Assembly: GCF_004010195.1 (NCBI RefSeq)
Contig: NC_057750.1
Coordinates: 2,672,112 to 2,736,111, forward strand
Length of the DNA: 64,000 nt
Reading direction: 5' to 3'
Source: Chiloscyllium plagiosum
Taxonomy: Eukaryota
Shown here: one piece after another, positions 51,658 through 64,000 of the stretch
How positions within the stretch are numbered: the stretch's first letter is position 1
How the letters are laid out: each line of letters begins with the position of its first letter
Notes under the pieces: generated by a model
The model's database searches: none
Told to the model about the DNA's origin: nothing
What the model saw: the letters and a program-made list of their open reading frames with translations, nothing else
Made by a program: the position numbers and the translations under genes

Positions 51658-54387
51658 GTTCAGGAGACTGCATCACACTGCATGCAGGCCCCCACCCCCT
51701 GTCCACCTCCAACACCGCCCACAGGCGCGCGCACACGCACACACACACCCCAAAAGCAAGACTGCTACTGCTGCTACCTTTTGGAGGGCGAGTCTCCAAA
51801 CTATTTGGGAAAAGGGAGGGTTTAGGCTACATACCTGTGTAGAACTACAGGGAAAGTGTGAGAAGAGAGAGGGCGGGAGGTCAGTCATTTAGAGACCGTG
51901 CCTGCGTTCCCATAAGGACTGTTTTCGGCAGCACTTTTAATCACTGTAAACAAAAGACACGATCAGTGTTAGACACACATCTTTGTAATGTTTCTGTCGA
52001 GACCTCGAGATCTCCTTCGGATAATCCGATATTCGGATAATTCAGGTTCCTCTGTAATTGAATCCAAACTTCCACTTAATTTAATTCTTGAGGTAAAGAA
52101 CAACCGTTTTTTAAAATCCTTTATTGTACCAGTCTGCTGGTTCCAAACGATTTAAAGGAACTGTCAAATCTTTGACCTTTACAATTCCTAGTTTATTGCC
52201 AGCCAGAAGATATTCCATTTTCTGTTTTGGTTCCAAAGTAACTGACACAATAAGAATTGATCTCTGTTTTGAAACTTTTAAAATTGATTCTGGTATCTGC
52301 AATCTTTGCCAGAGAGAATTCCGGATTTCTGCAATCTTGCCAGCATCTTGTGTAGTGATACTACTCCACCTCTGGGCCAGAAAACCTGGGTTCATATTCC
52401 ACTCTCGCTCTGTGTTTCATGACTTGTCCAAGCAAGTTGATTTAAAAGTGTCTTTTAAGCTGTGTACCATAGTTTTGTTCACTTACTTAATCTACTTCTG
52501 CTAACTTGAAAAGGTTTTAAAAGTCTGCAGAGAATTTCCTGTTTTAAATTCCATTGTTTTCCAGTTACTTGGAGAGGGGAGAAGCACAGGTATGCATAGT
52601 GGAAACGATAATCATGACACCGTTTAGATGCTGGACGTGTTTTGTATATGATGCAATGGTAGTAAGTGAACTTAATTGCCATACAAAACACTGCCCCTGT
52701 CCTAACCTGTTTACCCATTATCATTGTGCTTGATGATCAACATAGGCTAATGGTTAAGCAATGTCTCGATTTTAAAATTCTCATCCTTGTCTTCAAATCC
52801 TTTGAATCTCATTATCTCTATAATCTCACCCAGCCTCTCAATTCATAAAAATTCCAGCATGTTGAACACTCTGGTTTTGATAGCTTCTGCATCGCTGCTA
52901 TGCCCTCAGACTCTGGTCGTATGCCTTGGAATTCCCTTCCTTAACTTTTCTTATGTCATTTGATGAGCATGTCACGGTCTAGCTCACCATTTATTGCCCA
53001 TCTTTAATTAAGAGTCATCCACATTGCTGAGAGTTTGGACTGTCATGTAGGCCAGACCAGGTAAAGATGACCATTTCCCTCCATAATGGGCATTAGTGGG
53101 CCAGATGGGTTTTTGTGACAATTGTCAATGGATTCATGGACGTCATTAGATTCTTTAATTCCAGATTTTTATTGATTTCAAATTCCACCATCTCCCCTGG
53201 TCTCCACTTCCCTGGTCATCAGAACACCTGGGTCTATGAATTAACAGTCTAGCGATAATATCACTAGGCTGTTACTTCCCCATCTCTCACCTCCTTTAAG
53301 ACCCTCCTTAAAACATAACTCATTGCTTGAGATTTTGGACAGCTTTCCAAATGTCACCTTAAGAAGCTCAGCATTTCCTTTAGAGTGCTTTTCCAAGGTA
53401 CTTTGGGGCATTTTATTATGTAAAAGTGCTTTATAAATACAAACGGTTAAAATCTACCATGAAATATTGAGCAGAGAGATCCCAGTGACTGCATTCTCTG
53501 CTTGAAGGTTAAAGATGCTTTCTGCAGTTGGGGTAGGCAAAGGAGTGATTAGCCACTTTTCACAGTCAAGGTCCAGTAACTTGTCCTGAGATGCCCACTA
53601 TTATGTGGTTTACCTATATCACCACTGACTAGGGGAGACAGGAAGAAAGCGAGGCGAGTTGAATATTGTCTTAGTTCCAGGGAACCATAGCCTGTTGTTT
53701 TGGAGAGAGGCAATTGGTGGTCACCAAGCCTCCAGCGAGAAGCAAGGTTGAGAAGGCAAGGTCTTCATAGTGACCGCAGCCAGTCCGCGGAATTGAACCC
53801 ACGCTGTTCTCTCTGTTTACATTTCAGAAGAGTGGTTGTTTGAACTACCATGAGGATTGTAAAGACTCATGGAATCATACCTCAGCATAAATGAAGGATT
53901 TGGAACTAGGTGGACAATGTTATTTGGGTGAGAGTCATTCCCCAGCTAGGGACTAATACCATCAGAGGAAGGAGGAGAAACTTTGATTCCCCACGACTCC
54001 TTGTTATATGGATGGGAAAGCTAAAACAGAAACTTACTGATGAACAGTCAGTCAATGTGATGTGGGGTAGTAATCTCAAACAATATATAATTGTTTTGTG
54101 ATAGTGGCTAGATAGTGGGGTTGAACAATGCACTAATTCTATTTTTCCCCAAACCAGATTTTTTCAGTTCTTATTTACATTGCAAATAAGCAATTAAGAT
54201 ACACATGAGACTGTGGCTCTCATTTACACGTGATTATGTTCCACAGACAGAACTGTTCCTTTTAAAAAAAACTTAACAATTGACAATTAGTCCACCCTTC
54301 CTCCCACAAAAAGTAAATCTTCCCTTTTGCTGTTTGTATTTTACAAAGATCATAATTTTACATATCCTGCCACTGTTATTCACAAGA

Positions 54388-54815
54388 ACTTTTTTTATTT
54401 CAAAAATATACTTACTCATTAAAAATTTCTTTGTGTATATACCTTGTCACAAATGTAGTTCGGTTCTGTACAGTTGCATATCAAGTAAATAAACAAAACA
54501 TTGGACTTTGGCTCTGTCCAAAAAACCAAAGACCTGATTTACACATACAGTACTAATATTTACATATGTTTGAGGTACTGGAAGGGTTCAATAACTGGAT
54601 GGGCCCACATTTACTTTCAGTAGGAATACCTCAGACAGTGGTGTTTCCCTGCTGCCCCAGGCTTTAGTATGTCCCTCAGCCCGTAGTCCTGGACCTTGGA
54701 ATGTGCCAGTCTCTAACACCCAGTCAGAGTCAGCTCCTTGTTCTGGAACACCAACCAGTTTGCACTGAGTTGATGGTCCTCCACATGCAGTTGATTGTCT
54801 CAGTGTGCGTCCTGC
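54388..54815 (-). mobile_element. Tx1/L1-clade LINE 3' end
   Basis: T-rich tail at 54389; minus strand reads RLAHSKVQDYGLRD, typical of Tx1-like ORF2 C-termini. Confidence 0.6.
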
Positions 54816-55582
54816 GTGCTGAAGAAGCTGTACTTAGATACCTTTGTACCTAAGATGGTGCTGTAAGTGGCAACTTGTAAACTTTTCACTGTACTCAAAT
54901 GAGTACATATGACAAAGCTAATTCAGTGCAAGATTATTTGTTGGATTTTTGCAGTATGCAGAGCCACTAGCTTGAATTTCTTTCAAAATTGCAGTTTGGC
55001 CAAATTCCCACTCTGATCTGTTTCATCATTTGTGGAGCCCTTAACACCAAGCATGTTCAAGCCATTCTGCCTCATTAGGTAGGATTATTCAGCACAGAAA
55101 GAGCCCATTCAGTCCATCATGGCTCTGCCACACTTGTGATAATTGCTGCATTAATTTTCTAAAATAGCTTTGAGGTGCGGTGCAACCTTGAAAAGACCAC
55201 ATCATCAGTTTGAGACGACAACATTCTTGCCACAATGAGGGAGAGGAGAGAGTTTTAATTCATTTGTGTGGTTGGCTGTTGCTGCCAGTCTTTACTCCAG
55301 ACTTGTCCTTTTGAATCTATACTGTAAATGAGCTATATTCAGCAGTATGGGATCTGGGTTACATGATGGAACCACTGAGAACCTGAATGTTCCATAAGTT
55401 GCTGCATAATCTTGACTTTGACTGGTATGGACAGACCTGTATATTTTCAGCTGTTTCTGTTGTTTTACTGAACGGTTCCCTGCACTTTCTGGATTTTTAT
55501 AGAAGACCAGTAACCTTTTAAAAATCCATCACTTTCACCACTTGACCAAGCTGAGATCTTCTGGTTCTGCAAATTTAAATTA

Positions 55583-55696
55583 CAGAGGAACCTCAATTAT
55601 CCGAACAAGATCTCAAGATCCCAATGCTTGGTAAACTGTATCATCCAAACAAAATACTTTCCTGCCTGTGTCATTCGGATAATCGAGGTTCCTCTG
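55583..55696. mobile_element. Tigger/pogo-like MITE
   Basis: TA-CAGAGGAACCTCAATTATCCGAA ... TTCGGATAATCGAGGTTCCTCTG. Confidence 0.85.
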
Positions 55697-57464
55697 TTTA
55701 TGCAATTTCCACCGAGTTAAATTGGGGATAAAATGGAATATCCTTTATTGTCATGTTTATTCGATATAGAAATAACAGTGAAAAGTGCATACTGTTGCCT
55801 TAAGTGCCATTCATATTAAATTAGAATAAAAGTTTTAAAAAGGTAGCTTGAAGAGAGCCCAACTTTTCCTTCTGCTCTGCCACAACGTGCTGCTGTCAGC
55901 ATCGTGCACCGAACCCCCTCAGCCCATGCCACGCCACTGAGAGTACCCTACGGGCAAGAGGTGAGATAGAGGAGACTGGGAGAAAATTGGATTCAGTCTG
56001 GATTGGAAGGCTTCATAAACACCCGTTATCAGCCACAAGATCCAGATTATAAACACCCTTCCGGCATTTGCAGCAAACAGGAAAATGGCTGCAGAGCCTT
56101 GGGTCATGAATGTGACATGTGCTTCTGGAACAGCAGCACCCAGGCCATCCTGGAGCCTGCAACATTCTTGCTCAGGCCTCTAACTTCCAAGAAGGTTTGT
56201 GTTGGTGCAGACTATGCTATAAAATAAAGTATGTTCAACAGCTGCAATCATTCACTTTTCTTTTACCGATCTTATCCCGTGGAGCAGTGCTTCCCAAATT
56301 TCCTACTAACTCCATTTCAAGGCTTTGAAACTGGTGTGACCCTTTAGTGAGTGTTGGGAGGGGGCAGAGAAGACCTGTTGAGGGTGGTCAGCTGTTGCTG
56401 CTTTGGAGTCTGCAACTCCACTTAAGTCCTCGCCTTCTCCCCCCACCTCCCCAGCAACAGGTTGGGAGCCCTGCACTCCAGCCAATTGCTTTATAAGAAC
56501 GCATTCCATTTTTGAACTTCATACCACTTTAATTAGAATCACTATATCTCTTACTTCGACTGGATTTGAGATTGAAGTTGTGACTTCGAATATATAATTT
56601 GAGCATACTGAACTATGTCACTGAATTTCCTCTTCCAGCCTTCCTTGGAAGCAATTGTCAAAAACAGATTGTGCAATAAAAGTCACCTTTTTATGAATTT
56701 GAGGCATGGCTGCAAAATCACTTCGCCACCAGCCGTAGACTTGGCTCTTAATAGACAAACTAAAGTTTACAGAACCTGCCCTTGGAAGGTGATTAAATGC
56801 AAAGATTAAATATTTACTTAACATTGGCCAGCGTAATTGTTTGCTTTAATGTGATTCACTCCTGCAGAGCGCTTGCCTTTCTCAGCTTATTTATTTGCAA
56901 CTGGTGTATTGTATTTTTAATATACCTTTATTATTGGGTACTATGCTAGATATAGCCAGAAGGGCTGAGGTTCACGCCATGGTTTGAGCATGCTTGGTGT
57001 TAGGCTCCACAATCGATGAAGAAAGAAATCATTCCGCATTCCCTTTTTTGATTGATTGGTTTCTGTATTTCCTCCTGGAGAGGACATGAATGAATCTTTA
57101 GGAGTGACTGATTCTTGAATGTGAAAAGCTATAAATAGAATGTTAGAGCACAGAAAGAGAGAGACAGTTCGATTCACTGTGGTACCTCCTTGAAAGAGCT
57201 GTCCAATTGATCCAACTTCCACCATTGATGCTCAGTAGGTCCTTGGACAGCACTTGCAAACCCATGACTACTTCAATCTAGAAGGACAACAACAACAGAT
57301 ACATGGGAACACTACCCCCTGCAAGTTTCCCTCCAAGCCACTGACCATCCTGACTTGAAAGTATATCACCATTTCTTCACTTTATTGCTGGTCAAAATCC
57401 TGGACCAGCAATAAAGGGCATTGTGGGTCAATCCACAGCGCATGGACTGCAGCGGTTCAAGAAG

Positions 57465-59458
57465 TGGTCATACGAGAGCCTATGGTTTTACCAACGAAGT
57501 TGAATCTGTTGTCAAGAGGAAGAAGAAGGCTTTTGTTAGGATGAGACGGGAAGGCTCAGTTAGGGCACTTGACAGTTACAGGTTACTCAGGAAAGACCTA
57601 GAGAGAGAGCTAAGAAGAGCCAGAAGGGGAAATGAGAATTCGTTGGCAGATAGGATCAAAGAAAACCCTAAAGCTTTCTGTAGATATATCAGGAATAAAA
57701 GAATGACAAAAGTAAGATTAGGGCCAATCAAAAACAGTCGTGTGAAGTTGTGCATGGAGTCTGAGGAGATGGGGAAGCGCTAAATTAATATGTTTCATCA
57801 GTATTCACACTGGAAAAGGACAATGTTGTTGGAAAATACTGAGATACAAACTGCTAGACTAGACTGGATTGAGGTTCATAAGGAGGTGGTGTTAGCAATT
57901 TTGGAAAATGTGAAAATAGAAAAGTCCCCTGGGCCGGATTAGATTTAACTTAGGATTCTCTGGGAAGCCAGGGAGGAGATTACAGAGCCTTTGGCTTTGA
58001 TCTTTGTCATCATTTTCTCCAGGAATAGTGCCAGAAGACTGGAGGATAGCAAATGTTGTCCCCTTGTTCCAGAAGAGGAATAGAGATAACCCTGGTAATT
58101 GTAGACCTGTGAGCCTGACTTTGGTCATGAGTAAAGTATTGGAAAAGGTTATAAAGAGAGAGGATTTATAATCATCTAGAGAGGAATAGGTTGATTATGG
58201 ATAGTCAACACGATTTTGTGAAGAGTAGGTTGTGCCTGACAAATCTAATTGAGTTCTTTGAGCTGGTGACCAAGCTGGTGTATGAGGGTAAAGTGGTTGA
58301 TGTGGTGTATATGGATTTCAGTAAAGCATTTGTTAAGGTACCCCACAATAGGCTATTGCACAAAATATGGAGGCGTGAGATTGAGGGTGATTTAGAGGTT
58401 TGGATCGGAAATGGGCTAGCTGAAAGAAGACAGAGGTGGTGGTTGATGGGAAATGTTCATCCTGGAGTTCAGTTAGTAGTGGGGAACCGCAAGATCTGTT
58501 TTGGGGCCACTGCTGTTTGTAATTTTTACAAATGATCTGGATGAGGGCGTAGAAGGATAGGTTAGTTCATTTGTGGATGACACTAAGGTTAGTGGAGTTG
58601 TGGATAGTGGGTTACAGAGGGAAATAGATAAGCTGCAGAGCTGGGCTGAGAGGTGGAAAATGGAATTCAATGTGGAAAAGTGTGAGGTGATTCACTTTGG
58701 AAGGAGCAACAGGGATAAAGAGTACTGGGCCAATGGTAAGATTCTTGAGTGTAGATGAGCAGAGAGATCTCGGTGTCCATGTGCATAGATCCCTGAAAGG
58801 TGCCACCCAGGTTGATAGGGTTGTTAAGAAGGCATCACAGTGTGTTAGCTTTTATTGGTAGAGGGGTAGAGTTTCTGAGCCACAAGGTAATGTTGCAACT
58901 GTACAAAATTCTGGTGCGGCTGCACTTGGAGTATTGCATACAGTTCTGTTAACTGCAGTACAGGAAGGATGCGGAAGTGTTGCAAAGGGTTCAGAGGAGA
59001 TTTACTAGGATGTTGCCTGGTATGGAGAGAAGGTCTTATGTGGCAAGGCTGAGGGACTTGAGGCTGTTTTTGTTAGAGAGAAGGTTGAGAGGTGACTTAA
59101 TTGAGACATATGATAATCCAGAGGGTTAGATAGGGTGGACAGTGAGAGCCTTTTTCCTCAGATGGTGATGCCTAGCACAAGGGGACACAGCTTTAAATTG
59201 AGGAATGATAAATATAGGACAGATGTCAGAGGTAGTTTCTCTGAGAGTAGTAGGGACGTGGAACGCCCTGCCTGCAACAGTAGTAGATCCTGAGCTTTTC
59301 CAGCAACACATTTTTAAACAGTAGTAGATCTGCCAACTTTAAGGGCATTTAAATGGTCATTGGATAAACATATGGATGTACATGGCATGATATAGGATAG
59401 ATGGGCTTCAGATTGGCTCCACAGGTCGGCACAACATCGAGGGCTGTAATGTTCTATA
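57465..59458 (+). mobile_element. 5'-truncated CR1 LINE ORF2, inserted into an older LINE 3' end (57225-57464 and 59459-59535)
   Basis: KENPKAF, KSPGPD, CLTNLIEFF, YMDFSKAF, FVDDTK, LQRVQRRFTRM; host reads CAGCGGTTCAAG|AAGGCAGCTCACC across the insertion. Confidence 0.92.
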
Positions 59459-60337
59459 TAAGGCAGCTCACCATCACCTTCTTATGGGCAGCTAGGGCTG
59501 GAGCAATAAATGTTGGGCCCAGCAAGCAACACCCATGTCCAAAACTGAATTTAATAAATGCTCTTTTCTGAGTAGCCTAGCAGTTTGGTTAATACTTGCA
59601 GAAGGCTATCATCCTTTGCACATTATGATTAAATCTGCTTCGAGCCACTCTCTGGTATCGTATTTCATGTCATCAGAACTCCTGTATTTTGTCCTCCTCA
59701 GCTATTCCTCTCTGATTCTTTTGCTGATGACGTTAAATCTGTCATCCCTGTTTGCTGACCTGAAACTGGAAACTCTCTCTTTCATTTTTCATCCCATCAG
59801 AAGTCTTCATCATGTTGAACCCATTAAACCTCCCCCTTCTTATCTGCTGGAGGTAGAACAATTCCAGCTGCTCTGCACAACTGAAATGCCCTATCCTTGG
59901 TTTGCCATTAAATTTCCTCAGCTATTTCTCTCAGGCCTTGATAGAATTGGACACTGAACTCTAGGTGGGTTTGAACTTGTGTTTTATAAAGTTTTGGGGC
60001 CTCTGGTTTCAGATTTGAAATCCATTTGGGGTCTGTTACATCCATGTATAGATCCAAAATGTACTTCTAAAAAAAAACACCAAGGGTCATTTCAAAATGT
60101 TAAAGGGGCTAGATGAATTTAAAATGTTAGTGTGAAAAGCCAGAGTAATAGGACTTTAGTTATGACTGGATCTGTTCTGACTCAGCTGGACTGAAGGGCA
60201 GCTTCAATTAACCTCGAGTTCCTATCCAGTAATCCTGCTGGAAGTGCACACATGCAGCCCTGAACTCCTTGAAAAACACTAAGATGACCAACAGTAGTGG
60301 AGTTTGCAAAGACACTGAAGAGCTGCTTTCAGATGTA

Positions 60338-60556
60338 AAACAAAAACAAAACTGCTGGAAAAGCTCAGCAGGTCTGGCAACATCTGTGGAGAGAAATCAG
60401 ATTTAGCGCTTCAGGTCGAATGACCTTCCCTCGAGATCTGGACCAGAAACATTAACTCTGATTTCTCTCCAGAGATGCTGCCAGACCTGCTGAACCTTTC
60501 CAGCAAATTCATTTTTGTTTCTGGTATACAGCATCCACAGTTATTTCAGTGTTTAT
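60338..60556. mobile_element. Fold-back PLE-derived insertion, family C
   Basis: TGCTGGAAAAGCTCAGCAGGTCTGGCAACATCTGTGGAGAGAAATCAGA and inverse; flanks TTCAGATGTAAAA / TTCAGATTTAAAA. Confidence 0.8.
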
Positions 60557-62356
60557 TCAGATTTAAAATCTGTTTCAGTGCCCATTATCAGTTAATAGAC
60601 TGTTCCCAGAATGGGGAGTTATTAGGTGGTAACATCATTGAGGGTTTGAAATGATAATCACCATACGTGTGACTTCTAAATATTTCTAGCCCGAAGTGCA
60701 AGTTCCTTCAATAGTACCATTAATACAATCAGTATATTGAAAGTTGATGTTTGGGTGAGAGTGTTTGAGTGCCCCTGATTCTCGTGAATTTTAATGCCTG
60801 TGAGGTAGATTTTCTGAACTTTCCTTTGCATGTTTTGTTTGTAAGGATTAAAATTATACTCTGAAATCACTGATCTTTTTTAGCTCTGCAGACGTCTCCC
60901 TGTCACGTGACCTTTAACAGTCAGTAAAGGTCAATGTTTGCAGAAGTAGCTTAGCTTCAAGGGCTTAGATCTGCTTAATCTGCAGAATAGACTAGCACAA
61001 TAAAGACTGAATTAATTCAGCTGGAAACGTTGAAAATAGTTTTCCATTCTGCGTAATGCTTGTCAGTTGGTGGTTCAGCAATCACAGACAAAATCACTGC
61101 ATTGTACAAATTATCAACTGCATCGCAACAATTATTGTAGCTCTTTTGGAAGAGAATATTTGAAGATCCTAAATGGTGATTTTTATGTTTGATGCAGAGA
61201 GGAGCTGGGACAAATTGGGTGACACTTTTGAACACCTATTCTTCCCCACTGTTAACTTCGGAATCGTGGGTCTGTGATTTCCCATAAACTCCTGTGACCC
61301 ACTGAGGTATGGGTAATTCTCTCCAGTGACCTGTGAATTACCGTACTCTTTGCATTCTTTAATCTTGCTTCCATCCTATAACTTCTCAAAATCCAAACCT
61401 GATCCTATGAAGTAATTCCTTATTTGCCTCATCACCTTTACTGATAACCGAAAGCAGTAAAAATATTATGCTCCATACATGTTGGCTTTTTTCTGGAGTA
61501 CTTTAAAAATGCAAGTTTTTTAAATGTATAATTAGTTAGTCACTCACATTTATGGATGTGGAAGAATGGCCATTCTGTAATCCCATCTTCAGTGAGGGTG
61601 CAAAATGACTGCCAGCTCTGAAGAAAAGTCGTACTAGGCTCAAAACATTTACTCATTTCTCTCAATACATATATTGCCAGACCTGCTGAGTTTATCCTGC
61701 ATTCTATGTTTGATCAAGAACATTAGCCTGGGTTTCTAGATTACTAGGCCAGTGACTTTATTATGATTCCACCATCTTCCGCCAGACACGTGGACTCATA
61801 CTACGCACCACTTTTAATGGAATGTATAAATATCAGAATAAATAAAATGCAGACTCCTTTTGATGATTAAATAAACTTTTAGTAAAAATTAGCATGGTGT
61901 TAACTTTAACTGGAACACAGCTGCAAAGGCATGAGCAGTAAAGAGATGAAGATCATTGCAAACAGCTGAGGGGTAATGAGAGCCAAAGAGGGATGAGATG
62001 AGGGAAGAGTCCATGGACTTCCATGGGAGGTAAATGTAAGCTAGTGGTAATTACCTCTAAATGTCAAAGCCGGCTCTACCAAAACTCCAATGTAGGAGTG
62101 TGGGCTACAGAAGGAAAATGGGTGTCTTGGGTGATGGGACTTCAGCTGGTGACTGGCCAAAGTTAAAGTCGAGCCTCTCAGTGAAAAGGTACAACTGGGG
62201 AAAGGCATCATTCCCAGAACAAAGGCACTTTATTACAAATGTGAGATTGGCGATGGTACAGAATCAATCCTTATGGATAATTTATATTCTGAAAATTAGT
62301 AGCGACACGTTCTGTATTCTCAACTACCTACAATCTTTGGTCAGGGAAACATGGTG

Positions 62357-62630
62357 CATAGAATCCCTACAACGCCAAAGTAGGCCGTTCGGCCCATTGA
62401 GTCCACACCAACCCTCCGAAGACCAGCCAACCTGGACCTGTAACCCTGAATTTCCCATGGCCAATCCACCCTAACCTGCACATCCGTGGACTGTGGGAGA
62501 AACTGGAGCAAATCAATGCAGACAGGTGGTAAATATGCAAACTTCATGCAGTCGCCCAAGGCAGGTGTCAAACCCAAGTCCCTGAAGCTGTGAGGCAGAA
62601 GTGCTAACCACTGAGCAACTGTGCCATCCC
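62357..62630 (-). mobile_element. HE1-type SINE
   Basis: Minus strand GGGATGGCACAGTTGCTCAGTGGTTAGCAC; CATAGAATCCCTAC tail. Confidence 0.88.
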
Positions 62631-63644
62631 AGATTGGCAGTCAGGAGCAGACATTAGAGGCAGTACAACCTCCAAGAGTTGTGCAGAGCTTGATGCCTGT
62701 TTGTGTATTGCATTAAGATCCTACTGTCAATTTTATTCCCTGCAGCCACAAAAAAAACATTATAGTTCATATAGTGGAAAATATTTTTGCTATTTACCAC
62801 ATCACTAAGATAATTTGAACTCCTGTCTGCCAAAAAGGTCATACATTAACCAGAGGAAATCGAATAAATGCACATTTGGTGTTATTAGGAACTTGAATCA
62901 GTGGAGTGAGCAAAACTGCACAGGCCACAGCATACTGTAAATAGGTGAAACAACAGCTTGGCATTTAATATGCTGGTAACCTATAGAATGTCCCAGGGCA
63001 CTTCACAGAATGGAGACCAAAGTGACATTTTAGCAGTAAAGGATGTGAAAGTGTTAGCAAGGGATAAATGAGGCTTGGGAGAACAGGTGGAATTTCAAAA
63101 GACTTTTTAAGTAGTTGGGTTGGGATCCAGGATCTGGATAATGGTGGGCCAGAGGGAAGATGGGAGTAGCGGGGCTAGAATCAGACCGATGCTTGGTGCA
63201 GGGAGATCATTAGATCTGAAGGCGATCTGAAAAGTGAAGTGGAGCAAGGTTGGGAGCACGCTTGAGGTTCAACTCTCTCTAACTAAACAGTGAGCTGGTA
63301 CAACTCATAACAATGAGAAAGTGAAGCAAAAGAGAGGTTTGGCCTGAGGTAGGATGTAAACTGTTGCGATTGGATTACCTTGCAGCTTATGAAGCCTCGG
63401 TTAAGTAAACCCAATGTGGAAAATGATTGGGGTAATAGAAAAAGAACATAGACTGAAAACAAAACCTTTTTTTGTACAGATGTTGCCCAACCTGCTGAAT
63501 ATTGCAAGCATTTTCTGTTTTGTTATAAAGTTCTAGTATTCTCAGTATCTTGCTTCTGCATTGAGCTAACCAAGACTGAACATGACAAAAATAAGGATAA
63601 GATTTTTGCCTTTCATAATGCAGATGTGGCCAGTTGGTACAAAG

Positions 63645-63830
63645 ATGGAAAAAAGTGCACTTGCTGGAGAGATTCAGGAATTTAGGACTTTCTAATTCTG
63701 ATGAAGGGTCACAGGAATCAAATCATTGACTCTCCTTTCTCTCTGAAGGTGCTGCCAGACCTGCTGAGTTTCTCCAGCAATTTGTTTTTATTTGTTTCAG
63801 ATCTCCAACATCCCAGTTCTTTGTTTTATT
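63645..63830. mobile_element. Decayed family C PLE terminus
   Basis: CTGATGAAGGGTCA at 63698, then GCTGCCAGACCTGCTGAGTTTCTCCAGCAATTT; related fragments at ~11785, ~15570 and ~61617. Confidence 0.6.
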
Positions 63831-64000
63831 TTGTATGGTTTGGTTGAACTTGCTAGAGAGGCTGTTGGGATGAATGCTTTCTAAACTGTACGAGCTCAAG
63901 CTATGCAAGTGCAGTTATGGTCTTTTCCTGCAGTATAGCTGAACAAAATATAACTCAACCATTACAACAATAACATAGCCAAGTGAGGTTGAGATCAAGG

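Larger units (their letters stand above)
49679..52054. mobile_element. Longer Tigger/pogo-like element interrupted by CR1 and the gap
   Basis: TA-CAAAGGAACCTCGATATCCGAA left end and TTCGGATAATTCAGGTTCCTCTG-TA right end, same TIR as 32879 and 55583. Confidence 0.7.

Noticed and set aside
52565..52589. 25-nt micro-exon candidate (TTTTCCAG...CAG|GTATGC)
   Set aside because: Frameshifting length, no similarity to SAE1, and such site pairs arise by chance in long introns.
240..63908. Remaining 60-160 aa ORFs as novel genes
   Set aside because: They overlap repeats or are chance ORFs, without splice support or recognisable domains.

Overview
Repeat-rich vertebrate DNA, most likely from a shark: seven HE1-type tRNA-derived SINEs sit with CR1/HER1-type LINEs. 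There is one 629-N assembly gap (50712-51340). The only host coding sequence I can support is a 106-bp + strand exon at 23611-23716 encoding TVHFCHLKEALEVDWSSEKAKTCLKRTPSDYFLLQ, an internal exon of SAE1 (SUMO-activating enzyme subunit 1). The rest of the window therefore appears to be two very large SAE1 introns. They contain decayed CR1, L2-like and Tx1-like LINE fragments, a full-length but dead L1 (37502-43525), a Tigger/pogo-like TA-flanked MITE family and a probable solo LTR. The most notable signal is a dense population (>15 copies, three families A/B/C) of short asymmetric fold-back insertions flanked by 8-17 bp target-site duplications. They derive from Penelope-like element (PLE) termini and carry minimal hammerhead-ribozyme cores (CTGAnGA-stem II-GAAA-palindromic stem III). 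Seven cores look intact, and one (39797-39824) lies unpaired in the loop of a ~55-bp hairpin on the SAE1 sense strand. All family assignments are by eye and from memory of consensus motifs; no database search was run.
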